DNA from: Minisyncoccia bacterium
GTDB lineage: Bacteria > Patescibacteriota > Minisyncoccia > Phycocordibacterales > Phycocordibacteraceae
DNA: 64,000 bases
Direction of reading: 5' to 3'
Assembly: GCA_050011835.1 (NCBI GenBank)
Contig: JBEKII010000001.1
Location: forward strand, 86,473-150,472
How positions within the stretch are numbered: the first letter of the stretch is position 1; every line of letters begins with the position of its first letter. Positions 53,671-63,351 of this stretch are shown piece after piece. The translations under genes and the position numbers were made by a program. The notes under the pieces were generated by a model. That model did no database searches, was not told the origin of the DNA, and worked only from the letters and a program-made list of their open reading frames with translations.

Positions 53671-55698
53671 TTATCTTGTCAAGGGCTTCTTACGCGAACT
53701 TTTCTTCAGTTCGTTCGCTTCCAATTTATAAATTTCATCGCGGATGAGGGCGGCGGTTTCGAAGTCAAGCTGCGACACGGCTTCTGACATTTCTTCCCTT
53801 TTACGTTTGATAAACGCGGCAGGGTTGTCTTTGTACGCAAGCGTGTCCAGCGCTAAAAGTTCATCAATCGTTTTTTGGTGTTCGGTGCGCATGGATGCCG
53901 CGATGTCATGAATCTCTTTGTGGATAGTTTTCGGCGTGATGTGATGCTTTTTATTATAAGCAAGCTGAAGTTCGCGGCGACGATTCGTTTCAAAAATCGC
54001 TTTTTCAAGCGAACCAGTCATCACATCAGCGTAGAGAATCACGCGGCCCAAGACATTTCGCGCCGCTCTACCGATAGTTTGAATAAGCGAAACTTCACTG
54101 CGCAGAAATCCTTCTTTATCGGCGTCTAAAATGCCGATGAGCTCTACTTCGGGTAAATCAAGCCCTTCGCGTAAAAGATTGACGCCCACCAAAATGTCAA
54201 AAACGCCTTTGCGGAAATTGGAAAGAATATCAATGCGCTCAATCGTCTTCACATCCGAGTGGAGATATTCCGCTTTTATACTGCGCTTACGCAAGAATGC
54301 GGCGAGATCTTCCGCCATTTTCTTGGTCAAAGTCGTTGCAAGCACGCGCCCGCCGTTTTTGATAACTTTTTCGGCCTCATTAATGAAATCGGAAATCTGA
54401 CCTTGATACTGTTCCGTTTCGCTCACTCCGCGCACAACAAGTTCCGGATCAACAAGGCCAGTCGGACGAATGACCTGTTCTACAATCTGCTCAGAATGCG
54501 CGCGCTCGTACGGGCCCGGCGTCGCGCTTGTATAAATAACCTGTCCAATGCGCTCCTCAAATTCTTCAAAGGTAAGCGGACGATTGTCGCGCGCCGAGGG
54601 AAGGCGGAAGCCATATTCAATAAGCACGTCCTTGCGCGATTTGTCGCCCGCGTACATACCGCCGATTTGCGGGATCGTGACATGCGACTCATCGATTATC
54701 GTGAGAAAATCTTTCGGAAAATAAGAAAGGAGTGTATCCGGCGGCTCGCCCGCCTTCCTCCCGTCAAAGTGGCGAGAATAATTTTCAATGCCGCTCGTAT
54801 AGCCAAGCTCGCGAATAAGCGCGAGGTCGTGGAGTGTGCGGCGTTTCAACCGCTCCGCTTCAAGGGGCTTTTCTTCGCGTTTAAACTTCGCGAGCTGTTC
54901 TTCTAATTCCACCTTGATGTCCTCTATCGCGCGATTGCGCTCATCCTCGCTCGTAATAAAATGTTTGGCTGGAAAAACAAAAATTGATTTCGGCTCCGCC
55001 ATTTTTGTGCGCGAGATCGGATCAAGTTGGTCAATGCGTGCGATAGTGTCATTTTCAAATGTTATGCGATACAAAACGCGTTCATTGACCGGCATAAACT
55101 CAAGCGAGTTGCCGATGGCGCGTAATTGTCCCGGTTCAAGGTCGGCATTCGTCCGTTCAAAATAAATGTTAATAAGTTTTCGTATCAATGCCGCGCGACT
55201 TTCAATATTTCCCTTGGCAATTTTTACATGAACCTTCTCGTATTCCTCAGGCGAGCCGAGGCCGTAAATAGCCGAGACAGAGGCAACGATGATAACGTCC
55301 TTGCGCGTGAGAAGCGCCTGTGTTGCCGCGTGGCGCAAACGGTCAATCTCAGCATTTATCATCGCCTCTTTCTCAATATAGGTATCAGATTGCGCAATAT
55401 AGGCCTCCGGCTGATAGTAGTCGTAGTACGAAACGAAATAGTGTACCGCGTTCTCGGGGAAAAACTCCCGATATTCCTGCGCGAGCTGGGCTGCAAGCGT
55501 TTTGTTATGCGCGAGCACAAGCGTTGGCTTATCATACTTCGCAATAACATTGGCCATCGTAAATGTTTTCCCACTTCCGGTCACACCAAACAATGTCTGG
55601 TGTCGCGATCCGCGCGTGAGTCCTTCTTCAAGTTTAGAAATCGCCTGTGGCTGGTCCCCCGCTGGCGGGAAAGGAGTATGGAGTTTGAAATTAGCCAT
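53671..55698 (-). CDS. uvrB: excinuclease ABC subunit B
   Basis: Start at MANFKLHTPF. Walker A GVTGSGKTFT, helicase motifs, a beta-hairpin region (YYDYYQPEAY), and a C-terminal UVR domain (AALIRDEIYKL). Confidence 0.9.
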   Translation of the reverse strand: MANFKLHTPFPPAGDQPQAISKLEEGLTRGSRHQTLFGVTGSGKTFTMANVIAKYDKPTLVLAHNKTLAAQLAQEYREFFPENAVHYFVSYYDYYQPEAYIAQSDTYIEKEAMINAEIDRLRHAATQALLTRKDVIIVASVSAIYGLGSPEEYEKVHVKIAKGNIESRAALIRKLINIYFERTNADLEPGQLRAIGNSLEFMPVNERVLYRITFENDTIARIDQLDPISRTKMAEPKSIFVFPAKHFITSEDERNRAIEDIKVELEEQLAKFKREEKPLEAERLKRRTLHDLALIRELGYTSGIENYSRHFDGRKAGEPPDTLLSYFPKDFLTIIDESHVTIPQIGGMYAGDKSRKDVLIEYGFRLPSARDNRPLTFEEFEERIGQVIYTSATPGPYERAHSEQIVEQVIRPTGLVDPELVVRGVSETEQYQGQISDFINEAEKVIKNGGRVLATTLTKKMAEDLAAFLRKRSIKAEYLHSDVKTIERIDILSNFRKGVFDILVGVNLLREGLDLPEVELIGILDADKEGFLRSEVSLIQTIGRAARNVLGRVILYADVMTGSLEKAIFETNRRRELQLAYNKKHHITPKTIHKEIHDIAASMRTEHQKTIDELLALDTLAYKDNPAAFIKRKREEMSEAVSQLDFETAALIRDEIYKLEANELKKSSRKKPLTR

Positions 55699-56893
55699 AG
55701 GAGTAATCGCGAACGAAATTTTCGCGGAATTCGTCAAACCGCTCCTCAAGAATAGCTTGGCGCGCGCCGGCAACGAGATTCAAAATAAAACCGACATTGT
55801 GCATAGAAGCGATAATGGGACCAAGCATTTCACCGCTCCGTAGAAGATGCGCGACATAGGCACGAGTAAATTCTTCAACGCCAATAACGGACATTTCGGG
55901 ATCAAGAGGCGAAAAATCGCTGCGATATTTCTCGCCCTTGAGATGGATTAAACCGTACCTCGTGTAGATGGATCCGTGGCGGCCGAGTCGTGTCGGTGCA
56001 ACACAATCAAAAAGGTCCACGCCCGCTGCGATACTCGCGAGCATATCGCCTGGCTCGCCAATACCGAGACCATGTACCGGCATTTCTTCTGGCAATTCTT
56101 TCAACATAGCAAGTGCCGAATCTAATGAGTCGTCGCCATATTTCTTGCTGAACGAACCGCCAAGGCCGAAACCATCAAATCCCATGTCTGTTATCGTCTT
56201 CGCACTCAATCTACGCAAATCGTCAAACTGTCCTCCTTGCGCGATGCCGAAAATCGCCTGCTTCTTGTTCGCATTGATATTCTGCCGATGCACCTTCAGA
56301 GAACGCTGCGCCCAGCGATGAGTGCGTTCCATCGCCTCTTTCTGATACTCATACGATTCCGTCGGCGCGGTGCACTCATCAAAAGCAAAAAATATATCGG
56401 CACCGAGTGCGTGCTGAATCTCAACCGAGCGTTCAGGCGTGAAGCGATGCGGTGAACCGTCAAGATGCGAGGTGAATGAAACGCCTTCATCGTCAACGAC
56501 AGCGAGACGGCTGTGAGGAGTAATTATTTCATCTTCGCCATCGGCAGAAAATTTTGAAATGCCTTTCCCAAACGCGGCCCCAAGTGAAAAAACTTGGAAA
56601 CCGCCAGAATCGGTTATCGTCGAACCGCGCCAATTCATAAATTTCCCGAGGCCGCCGGCGTCTCGCACGATTTTTTCGCCCGGCTGGAGATACAGGTGAT
56701 AGGTGTTCGCGAGTACGACTTCGGCGCCGAGCTTTTTCAGTTCATCGGGAAGAATGCCCTTCACGCCCGCTTTGGTGCCTACCGGCGCGAAAGCGGGCGT
56801 ATGAATAACGCCGTGAGGAGTTTTGATAGCGCCGGCACGCGCACCGCTCCGCGGCACGCGCTTTTCTATGGTGAATGACATTGCGCCCATCAC
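55691..56893 (-). CDS. tgt: queuine tRNA-ribosyltransferase
   Basis: 400 aa. TIM-barrel QTR motifs: TDSGGFQV, the catalytic Asp in FAFDEC, and the C-terminal zinc-subdomain region around LGIGEPGDM...CVAPTRLGRHG. Confidence 0.85.
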   Translation of the reverse strand: MMGAMSFTIEKRVPRSGARAGAIKTPHGVIHTPAFAPVGTKAGVKGILPDELKKLGAEVVLANTYHLYLQPGEKIVRDAGGLGKFMNWRGSTITDSGGFQVFSLGAAFGKGISKFSADGEDEIITPHSRLAVVDDEGVSFTSHLDGSPHRFTPERSVEIQHALGADIFFAFDECTAPTESYEYQKEAMERTHRWAQRSLKVHRQNINANKKQAIFGIAQGGQFDDLRRLSAKTITDMGFDGFGLGGSFSKKYGDDSLDSALAMLKELPEEMPVHGLGIGEPGDMLASIAAGVDLFDCVAPTRLGRHGSIYTRYGLIHLKGEKYRSDFSPLDPEMSVIGVEEFTRAYVAHLLRSGEMLGPIIASMHNVGFILNLVAGARQAILEERFDEFRENFVRDYSYG

Positions 56894-56907
56894 TTCCTAC
56901 TATATCC

Positions 56908-57687
56908 TTACGACCCGAGAATTGTTACCGTCGCGGAGGCACTATTGTTATTCGTATTTGATTCTTCAACCGCGTGATCGAAGTTCGCGGTGACAGAAAT
57001 CATCTCATTGACTCCTCTGTTTGCCTGGTCGAAACCGAGAACGTAATCGATGCTATCGCCTGGATTTAGCGATTGCTGCGGTTGGGATTGATATATATAA
57101 GCGGTCTGTGTCGGAATGGATGCGCTAAAACGCCACGCGCCGCTCGCATTCGTGCCGATATTTTTTATGGTGAAACTCACTGCTGGACGGCTACCCGCGG
57201 GAACGGTAGAGCTCGCGACGAACGAATCCGCCGAAGCTGATTCAAGATATCCGACCGCGTTTATATTCACTATAAAATCAGGGAGGCCAAAGAATGCGGG
57301 CGTCGAAGTTGCACCACTTATTTGATAGATGGTGTCCGTCTTCGTGCCGGCAACTGTTTTGGTCGGTTTCGGCGAAGGGGTGGGGTGTTTTGGAGCTATG
57401 TTCGTTGATGCGGTTGAGCTTGCATCGCCGAAAGAAATCGTCGTTGGTGCAATTGGCGTAGAGACAATTGAGAGATGGGACGTGGATTCACGCGTGAAAA
57501 ACGAACCGAGGTAGACGGCCGCTGTGCCGGCATGATTTACCACGATGGGGACAAAACGCGTTGAGTAAACGGCGAGCCATATGCCCGCGGTGACAAGCGC
57601 AATGAAACCGACTACCGCGAGACCAGTCAATGTTTTGGAGCGGATTTGGGTGTTCGTTCGATCCATACGATATGTCATATATACCAC
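56908..57687 (-). CDS. hypothetical membrane-anchored extracellular protein (CARDB-like beta domain?)
   Basis: N-terminal TM anchor and an S/T/P-rich linker. The C-terminal FTIKNIGTNASGAWRF...NPGDSID resembles CARDB-type adhesion domains. Weakly supported. Confidence 0.45.
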   Translation of the reverse strand: MVYMTYRMDRTNTQIRSKTLTGLAVVGFIALVTAGIWLAVYSTRFVPIVVNHAGTAAVYLGSFFTRESTSHLSIVSTPIAPTTISFGDASSTASTNIAPKHPTPSPKPTKTVAGTKTDTIYQISGATSTPAFFGLPDFIVNINAVGYLESASADSFVASSTVPAGSRPAVSFTIKNIGTNASGAWRFSASIPTQTAYIYQSQPQQSLNPGDSIDYVLGFDQANRGVNEMISVTANFDHAVEESNTNNNSASATVTILGS

Positions 57688-57725
57688 GATGAACTTTTTA
57701 TGTCAAGCTTTTGCATAACGAATAT

Positions 57726-60575
57726 TTACGCGCCGAGAACTGCGAGCGCGCGGGTGAGCGCAAGTTTCGCGCCGGTTACTCCCGACGAGTAACTTGAATC
57801 GATCGCAATCGTGAGTGAGGCAATGAGCTTTTCCAGCGTTGGCGTCGTGAGGCGCGCGGTCAAGCGTGCGATATCTGCATCGCAAGCGGTGCCATCGATG
57901 CGGGCGCGGTACGCATCATCAAGAAGAAAGACAGCCGTAGAAATAAAATGTTCTGGGGCACCTCCACCGCGCACCTGTTGCCGCAATCCAGCAAAAACCG
58001 CCGTGCGATCGCCTTCAATAAGCGCGGCGGTAAAGCCGCGAACAGACGCGGGAATCTCTCCCGTTACGGCAACGGCGTTGGTTACGATCGGTTCAACGTT
58101 TTCATAAATTGGTTCTACGTTCTCATAAATCGGTTCGATGTTCGGTGGCAATTCCGTCTTGCGTTCGGCATTCGCTGCGGGATGTTCTCGCGACAAACTC
58201 TTTACGATGTCTTCAATGGAGAGCGCATCCTTATGCGCGAATGATTTAAACCCATCATACGATGAATACCCGCGAGGCGCTTCCGACAATTCCCGTTCCG
58301 CGACAGAGGAATGGACCGCAGGTGAAGGCGTTGCGGACGCAAATTTTGGCATGTTAAGTGTAGCCGAGACACGAACACCGAGATTGCGCGCGCGGCGATT
58401 CACGAATGGTACTGCGCCAAAGAGTACGAAATATGCAAGCGCGAGCGCCCAGACAATAAGCGCGATCCAATAGACCACAGTGCCAAAGGTCCCCAGGTCA
58501 AGACCGGTGTAAGGAATTTGCGAGAGATAGAGAAATGCGAGCGGCTGTGTACTCACATGCGGAAGTACCGAAAGCGTGATTGTTGGTACAAGTGAGCCGC
58601 CACCGCCGCCTCCACCTCCACCACCGCCACCTCCACCGCCGCCGCCTCCACCGCCGCCGCCTCCACCGCCGGTATTTACGGTGACGGTCGTAGAACACGT
58701 AATAGAATTTCCTGCGTTTGTGGCGGTACCGGTATAGGTAGTAGTCGTTGTCGGCGAAACAGATATCGTGCTTGACGCAACGGGCGTGGTCGTGCCAATA
58801 CCGTTGTCAATGGAGAAAGTATTGGCATTCGCCGTGGTCCAAGAGAGAATTGATGAATCACCCGAATTCACCGAAGTCGGATCCGCAGAAAGCGTACAAG
58901 TTGGCACTTCTGGTGGAGGAGGTGTCGGGTACGTACACGTCACGCCCGTTTGGCTCGTTGCGTTCGGGTTGTAATTGGTTGCGGTAGGGTCCATGCAACC
59001 GTAGATGGTGGTGGGTGGAGTTGGGTACGTACACGTCACGCCCGTTTGGCTCGTTGCGTTCGGGTTGTAATTGGTTGCGGTAGGGTCCATGCAACCGTAG
59101 ATAGGTTGCGAAACCGGAGTACAACTATCATAGGTTTGATTACCTGCTACGATACCGCAGGAGAGATCGCAAGAGTAGACAATATTGAAGGGCTTGCTGC
59201 AGTCGGTACTGGCTGACTGGAACGTGGCGTTCGTATAATTATACAAAGTGCTACATCTGCTACAGGTCTGGGGCACGGTCGAACAGAGAGCGGCTGTCCC
59301 GCCATAAACTCCAGAACAGGTCCAAGACCATGGACCACTGCCGCTGACCGGAGAAGCGAGCCCCGGATTGCAGAGAGTTGGCGGACCGGGGTATTGAGGA
59401 TTGGAAGGAATGGTGTTAGAGACGGGAGCAATTCCATTAAAAGAACCGCAAGAGCCGTTGATTGGCGCAGGAGTAGTACTTTCGTTACCACTACCTCCAC
59501 TGTCCCCGGCGGAATCGCCCGCGCCAGCACCGGTACTTGTTCCGTCACCTGCGCCAGTTCCGGCACTGCCTCCATCACCTGCGCCAGCTCCGGCGCTACT
59601 ACCATCTCCTGCGCCAGCTCCGGCACTGCCTCCATCACCACCATCTCCTCCTCCGCCGCCGTCACCGCCGCCGCCATCCGTTCCGTAATATCTAATTTGA
59701 GATTGAATGTTTTGGCCATAGTTTGTTCCGATTTGGCTCAAAGGAATTGAAAACGAATACGTTTCGTGTTGCCAAGAAACTTTATTGGTGTAAGTAAAAT
59801 TCTCCGTTCCCCATTCGGTTTTAGGCGGAGTTATGAGAAACGTTTTCAGGCCGTTATTCGTCACGACACCAAGTTCAACCCAATCGCCGTCTTTGCCAGT
59901 GTCATATGTATTATCGGAAGTCCAATCAACGTAAACGTAAAGATTTTTTTTATCGGCACTGAAATACGCATACCGCGTGGAAAAAGGATGACTTGACACA
60001 GGAATCTCGGCAAATGTGTATGTTTGCGTATCGCCAATGGTATATGTCAGGTAACCAGCATCCGGCCAGCGATAGGGTACGCCCTTGAAATTCTCTGCAA
60101 CTCCGGTAATGGTGAGTGATGAACCCTTTTGATTCCAATAAAATTCTATGGTGCGATTCCATGCATCAACGACATCATAGTCGGCGTGCGCAAATTTTTG
60201 TGTTGGCAGTTGAATATTATCAGAAAGGTCTTGAGCCGAATTGGGTGTTTGGCCGTTGAGGACTACTTCATCAAGATGCGCGGATTGGGTACCGCCATTA
60301 TGTGTAATCCGAATGCGATCACTCGGCTCTGGCAAGGTAAAGGTCTTGGTCGTGTACCGATTGGGATATGGCTGGCCAGGGAAAGGCGAGCTCGCCACAA
60401 ATTGCCACGAGCCATTAACGTATTCCTCAATGGCAAACGAGTCCGCGGCGTTGGCGCTCTGCGCGTAAGACACATTAAACAATGTGTTCCAGTTAAATTG
60501 CAATGCAAAACCGCGTATAAACGCGATGAGAACAAAAAATATTGCTACTATAATGGTGTAATAACGTAAACGCAT
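57726..60575 (-). CDS. large Gly-rich cell-surface protein (949 aa), single-pass, with poly-Gly tract and tandem 32-aa repeats
   Basis: N-terminal signal/anchor; a Gly/Asp/Ser/Ala-rich low-complexity stretch; Cys-containing 32-aa repeat IYGCMDPTATNYNPNATSQTGVTCTYPTPP x2; a 25-Gly run; the motif LSQIPYTG followed by a TM helix and RRAR; and a ~230-aa cytoplasmic tail with EPIYENV x2. Confidence 0.7.
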   Translation of the reverse strand: MRLRYYTIIVAIFFVLIAFIRGFALQFNWNTLFNVSYAQSANAADSFAIEEYVNGSWQFVASSPFPGQPYPNRYTTKTFTLPEPSDRIRITHNGGTQSAHLDEVVLNGQTPNSAQDLSDNIQLPTQKFAHADYDVVDAWNRTIEFYWNQKGSSLTITGVAENFKGVPYRWPDAGYLTYTIGDTQTYTFAEIPVSSHPFSTRYAYFSADKKNLYVYVDWTSDNTYDTGKDGDWVELGVVTNNGLKTFLITPPKTEWGTENFTYTNKVSWQHETYSFSIPLSQIGTNYGQNIQSQIRYYGTDGGGGDGGGGGDGGDGGSAGAGAGDGSSAGAGAGDGGSAGTGAGDGTSTGAGAGDSAGDSGGSGNESTTPAPINGSCGSFNGIAPVSNTIPSNPQYPGPPTLCNPGLASPVSGSGPWSWTCSGVYGGTAALCSTVPQTCSRCSTLYNYTNATFQSASTDCSKPFNIVYSCDLSCGIVAGNQTYDSCTPVSQPIYGCMDPTATNYNPNATSQTGVTCTYPTPPTTIYGCMDPTATNYNPNATSQTGVTCTYPTPPPPEVPTCTLSADPTSVNSGDSSILSWTTANANTFSIDNGIGTTTPVASSTISVSPTTTTTYTGTATNAGNSITCSTTVTVNTGGGGGGGGGGGGGGGGGGGGGGGGGSLVPTITLSVLPHVSTQPLAFLYLSQIPYTGLDLGTFGTVVYWIALIVWALALAYFVLFGAVPFVNRRARNLGVRVSATLNMPKFASATPSPAVHSSVAERELSEAPRGYSSYDGFKSFAHKDALSIEDIVKSLSREHPAANAERKTELPPNIEPIYENVEPIYENVEPIVTNAVAVTGEIPASVRGFTAALIEGDRTAVFAGLRQQVRGGGAPEHFISTAVFLLDDAYRARIDGTACDADIARLTARLTTPTLEKLIASLTIAIDSSYSSGVTGAKLALTRALAVLGA
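58595..58669. repeat. (GGN)25 trinucleotide tract encoding 25 consecutive Gly
   Basis: An uninterrupted run of GCC/ACC/TCC codons on the plus strand (GGC/GGT/GGA on the coding strand), 75 bp. Confidence 0.9.
58923..59114. repeat. tandem duplication, 2 x 96 bp, inside the surface-protein gene
   Basis: GGGTACGTACACGTCACGCCCGTTTGGCTCGTTGCGTTCGGGTTGTAATTGGTTGCGGTAGGGTCCATGCAACCGTAGAT occurs twice with a 96-bp period. Confidence 0.85.
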
Positions 60576-60697
60576 GCGATTGTTTTCCTATTTCCGAAAC
60601 ACCTCCGAAGAGACGTGCCGGAAAAGGGATCCGTCGAGGAACATAAAGTGCATTCGCACCACGTTCCCCGACAGCCCCGAGCTCAAAGACCTTCCCA

Positions 60698-61786
60698 TCA
60701 CGGCCTATTCCTTTCCCAATAAGCCGCGTTGACCTGTCGCGTGCACCATCTTCCGCCATTTTCCTTTTCCCACGCTTCCGGAAAAACCAAAATGCGGCGA
60801 GACCCTCCCGACATAGTCGGAGAGGAAAACCAAGAAGGCCAGATTATTTGCTCAACCCTTGTCAGTTGGATTTCAGACAGAGGAATCGTGGCGATTCCGT
60901 CAACGAGACGGAAATTACCAAGATCCTCTATCACCGCCAACGTCGTTGGGTCCAGAAGCTGAACTCCGATGTCAGCATTGAGCGGTGCCCTGACGTTGAC
61001 AACACGAATAATCTCGTCTCCCAAACTCCCAGAGACATCGTCCGCTTTGTAGGCGCTGGGATCGCTAGCGTTCTTGGAGTCACGAGCCGCGGCTCTAACA
61101 ATCAACGTTTCTACCCTCTTGCCAAGTTTCTCCGAAGCATAATAGATCGACTCCATCGTCCAGGCGTTCGCGAATAGAACACGCCCTTTTGGACATCCAC
61201 TTGTCGGCATTGCAGGTGTAGGTGGTGGTGTAGTGAGCGGAGGAGAAGGTGGCGGCGCTATTAATCGAGGCGGAAGCGGTGTTTGGGGCCTGGTAGGAGC
61301 TGCTCCGATGACGTTGCCGCAATCGCCGGCGAGAATAAACTCGCCAGTGTTTGGGTCAGCCCAAACAGATTCGCCCTTAAGGAAGGCTCGATGCCATCCT
61401 CTCGCGTCGTACGTGTGTTTCTCTCCACGCACGAGCAATCTGCTAATTTGCCACTCACCGGTAGGAGCCGGCTGTTGCACTAGACTTTGCAGATACCGCG
61501 GAAGGTCCGCAATGTCGCCAAGTTTTGCACTAGGATGTGCGAGTTGGATGCCGTAGAAGTAATCGTGCGCGGTTGCACACGACCCGTCTTTCCTGCACCT
61601 CGCCGGGTTAAGCAGTTTATTTCCGGCCGGATCACTCGTGAGGGAACTTTCGACCAGTGCCGCGAGTTCGGTAGGATTCTTCAGCCCCTTCATCATTGGC
61701 ATACCCGTTCCAGCGGCATGCATTACATTCGCTAGCAGCGCGATTGCGAGCGCCAACACGACGACAATAACGATACTTTTCTTCAT
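60698..61786 (-). CDS. hypothetical secreted protein with Pro-rich linker
   Basis: A GAGGAGGAAG RBS, a signal peptide MKKSIVIVVVLALAIALLA, and a PPRLIAPPPSPPLTTPPPTP linker. Confidence 0.5.
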   Translation of the reverse strand: MKKSIVIVVVLALAIALLANVMHAAGTGMPMMKGLKNPTELAALVESSLTSDPAGNKLLNPARCRKDGSCATAHDYFYGIQLAHPSAKLGDIADLPRYLQSLVQQPAPTGEWQISRLLVRGEKHTYDARGWHRAFLKGESVWADPNTGEFILAGDCGNVIGAAPTRPQTPLPPRLIAPPPSPPLTTPPPTPAMPTSGCPKGRVLFANAWTMESIYYASEKLGKRVETLIVRAAARDSKNASDPSAYKADDVSGSLGDEIIRVVNVRAPLNADIGVQLLDPTTLAVIEDLGNFRLVDGIATIPLSEIQLTRVEQIIWPSWFSSPTMSGGSRRILVFPEAWEKENGGRWCTRQVNAAYWERNRP

Positions 61787-61871
61787 CACTTCCTCCTCGT
61801 GCCGCGCGAGCGGCTGTTTTATTGAAAGAACATTCTCTCCCTTTGCGGAGAGTCATCCCGACCTTTGAATT

Positions 61872-62540
61872 TCAAAGGGAGGGGTGACTTTCAACAAAAT
61901 CCGCGACAACAACAAAGCGATCGGTCTTCATGGTGAAGGAATCGCAAGTTGAAAGCGTCAACACCTTGCCGATGACCAAAAGCGGAATTATCGCATCGTT
62001 CGCGCTCTCCTTCGTGACGCTTTTCACCTGATAGGTATAGGCCATATCAGATGAGTACATCGTGACATCATCTCCCACCACGAGTTTCTGGATGCCATCA
62101 AAGGTCTTGTATGCTTGATTGCCGACAATCGGCAGATAACTTGAATGACCGAAGAGGACCACATTACCCTCCTCGCCAAGTTTCGCAGATGTCGGGTAAC
62201 GCACTGCGCCCGAGAGCAATGCGTGGTCAAGAATCGTCGCATCAGTCGTCGTTGGATTCGCGATGGTTGCCGAAAGATTGATGACGGGAATGACTATCTT
62301 TGTCGGCAATTCGGGAATCGTCGACATCGATGTGCTCACGCTCTCGGGATCAAGTTGATTCGTCATGTTTGACGTGCTCACTGAAACCTTTGTGGGAGAC
62401 GGCAAAAGGTCAAGTTGATTTAGCATTGCAATGCTCCCAAGAAATATAAAAACAAAAAGGCCCAGAAAAAGCCATTTCCTTGCGTAAATCCGCCTGCTGA
62501 CCCGGATGAGCCATACGATGAAATTAACAAACCCTCTCAT
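61872..62540 (-). CDS. sortase family transpeptidase
   Basis: N-terminal membrane anchor, the catalytic His in VVLFGHSSY, and the TLxTC active-site motif LTLSTCDSF. Confidence 0.75.
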   Translation of the reverse strand: MRGFVNFIVWLIRVSRRIYARKWLFLGLFVFIFLGSIAMLNQLDLLPSPTKVSVSTSNMTNQLDPESVSTSMSTIPELPTKIVIPVINLSATIANPTTTDATILDHALLSGAVRYPTSAKLGEEGNVVLFGHSSYLPIVGNQAYKTFDGIQKLVVGDDVTMYSSDMAYTYQVKSVTKESANDAIIPLLVIGKVLTLSTCDSFTMKTDRFVVVADFVESHPSL

Positions 62541-62585
62541 ATTGTCTTACTGATACGTACACCATGACAACAGTTCTGTCAAGAG

Positions 62586-62640
62586 AAACTACGGGCGCAG
62601 ACCGCTGCGGTCTGCGCCCGTTTTATTCTCTTCTTTTTTA
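62586..62640. terminator. GC hairpin with flanking T-runs
   Basis: GGGCGCAGACCGC-TGC-GGTCTGCGCCC followed by GTTTTATTCTCTTCTTTTTTATTTT on the plus strand. It lies between the FKBP gene end and the sortase start. Confidence 0.5.
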
Positions 62641-62642
62641 TT

Positions 62643-63164
62643 TTAGTGAGCTGCTTTTTGTACTTTCAAAAGTTCCACTTCAAAAATAAGTGTGGAGTTC
62701 GCCGGTATGACATTTCCGACTGCTTGGTCACCATAGGCAAGCGACGCGGGGATGATGAGATGGCGCTTCCCTCCTTCTTTCATGCCGACAATGCCTTCGT
62801 CCCAACCCTTGATTACTTGCCCCGCTCCAAGAATGAAAGTGAAGCCTGACGTACCGTGATTCGCCGAAGCATCAAAAACGGTACCGTCCGTGAGCGACCC
62901 GACATAATTCACCGTCACACTATCGCCCGCTTGGGCAGTTGCGCCCGTGCCGACAATTTCATCAGTTACTTGAAGTTGAGTTACGTTTTCGGTAGGCGTC
63001 GGCATAGCGGTTGGTGTGGTTTGAGTATTAGTGGTGGTAATTCCGGTCGGTGTTTCTTGCTGCGGAACCGGACTCGCGAAAATTGACATCCCATTAAATA
63101 TAAAGAAAAAGGCAACGACGGCGAGCGCGAGTGCAACGGCGATACCGGTCTGGGTTGGTTTCAT
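62643..63164 (-). CDS. FKBP-type peptidyl-prolyl cis-trans isomerase, secreted/anchored
   Basis: Signal/anchor helix, a T/P-rich linker, and an FKBP domain (VTVNYVGSLTDGTVFDAS...FILGAGQVIKGWDEGIVGMKEGGKR..IPA.LAYG). Confidence 0.8.
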   Translation of the reverse strand: MKPTQTGIAVALALAVVAFFFIFNGMSIFASPVPQQETPTGITTTNTQTTPTAMPTPTENVTQLQVTDEIVGTGATAQAGDSVTVNYVGSLTDGTVFDASANHGTSGFTFILGAGQVIKGWDEGIVGMKEGGKRHLIIPASLAYGDQAVGNVIPANSTLIFEVELLKVQKAAH

Positions 63165-63351
63165 ATGTGAATGATTATATTCAATATAACTGATATCATA
63201 CCATGAGTTATTCGGGTATACTTTTAATGAGTTCTTTTAACTTCTCATGCCATTCCTTTGGCGTGATCTCACTGACGGAGGCCCTTCGTTCATCTTCGCC
63301 AATCCCATTCTCGTCAATTTTTTCATTTCTCGGCGACCCTTCATTCATATG

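Noticed and set aside
59147-59719. Pro/Ala-rich ORFs (59147..59719 minus, 59401..59688 plus) inside the surface-protein gene
   Set aside because: These are alternative-frame readings of the GC-rich Gly/Ala/Asp codon repeats of the 949-aa gene.
63207-63348. Possible small ORF just downstream of the TraG-like gene
   Set aside because: On careful re-reading the frame hits TGA after 19 codons, so there is no credible gene.
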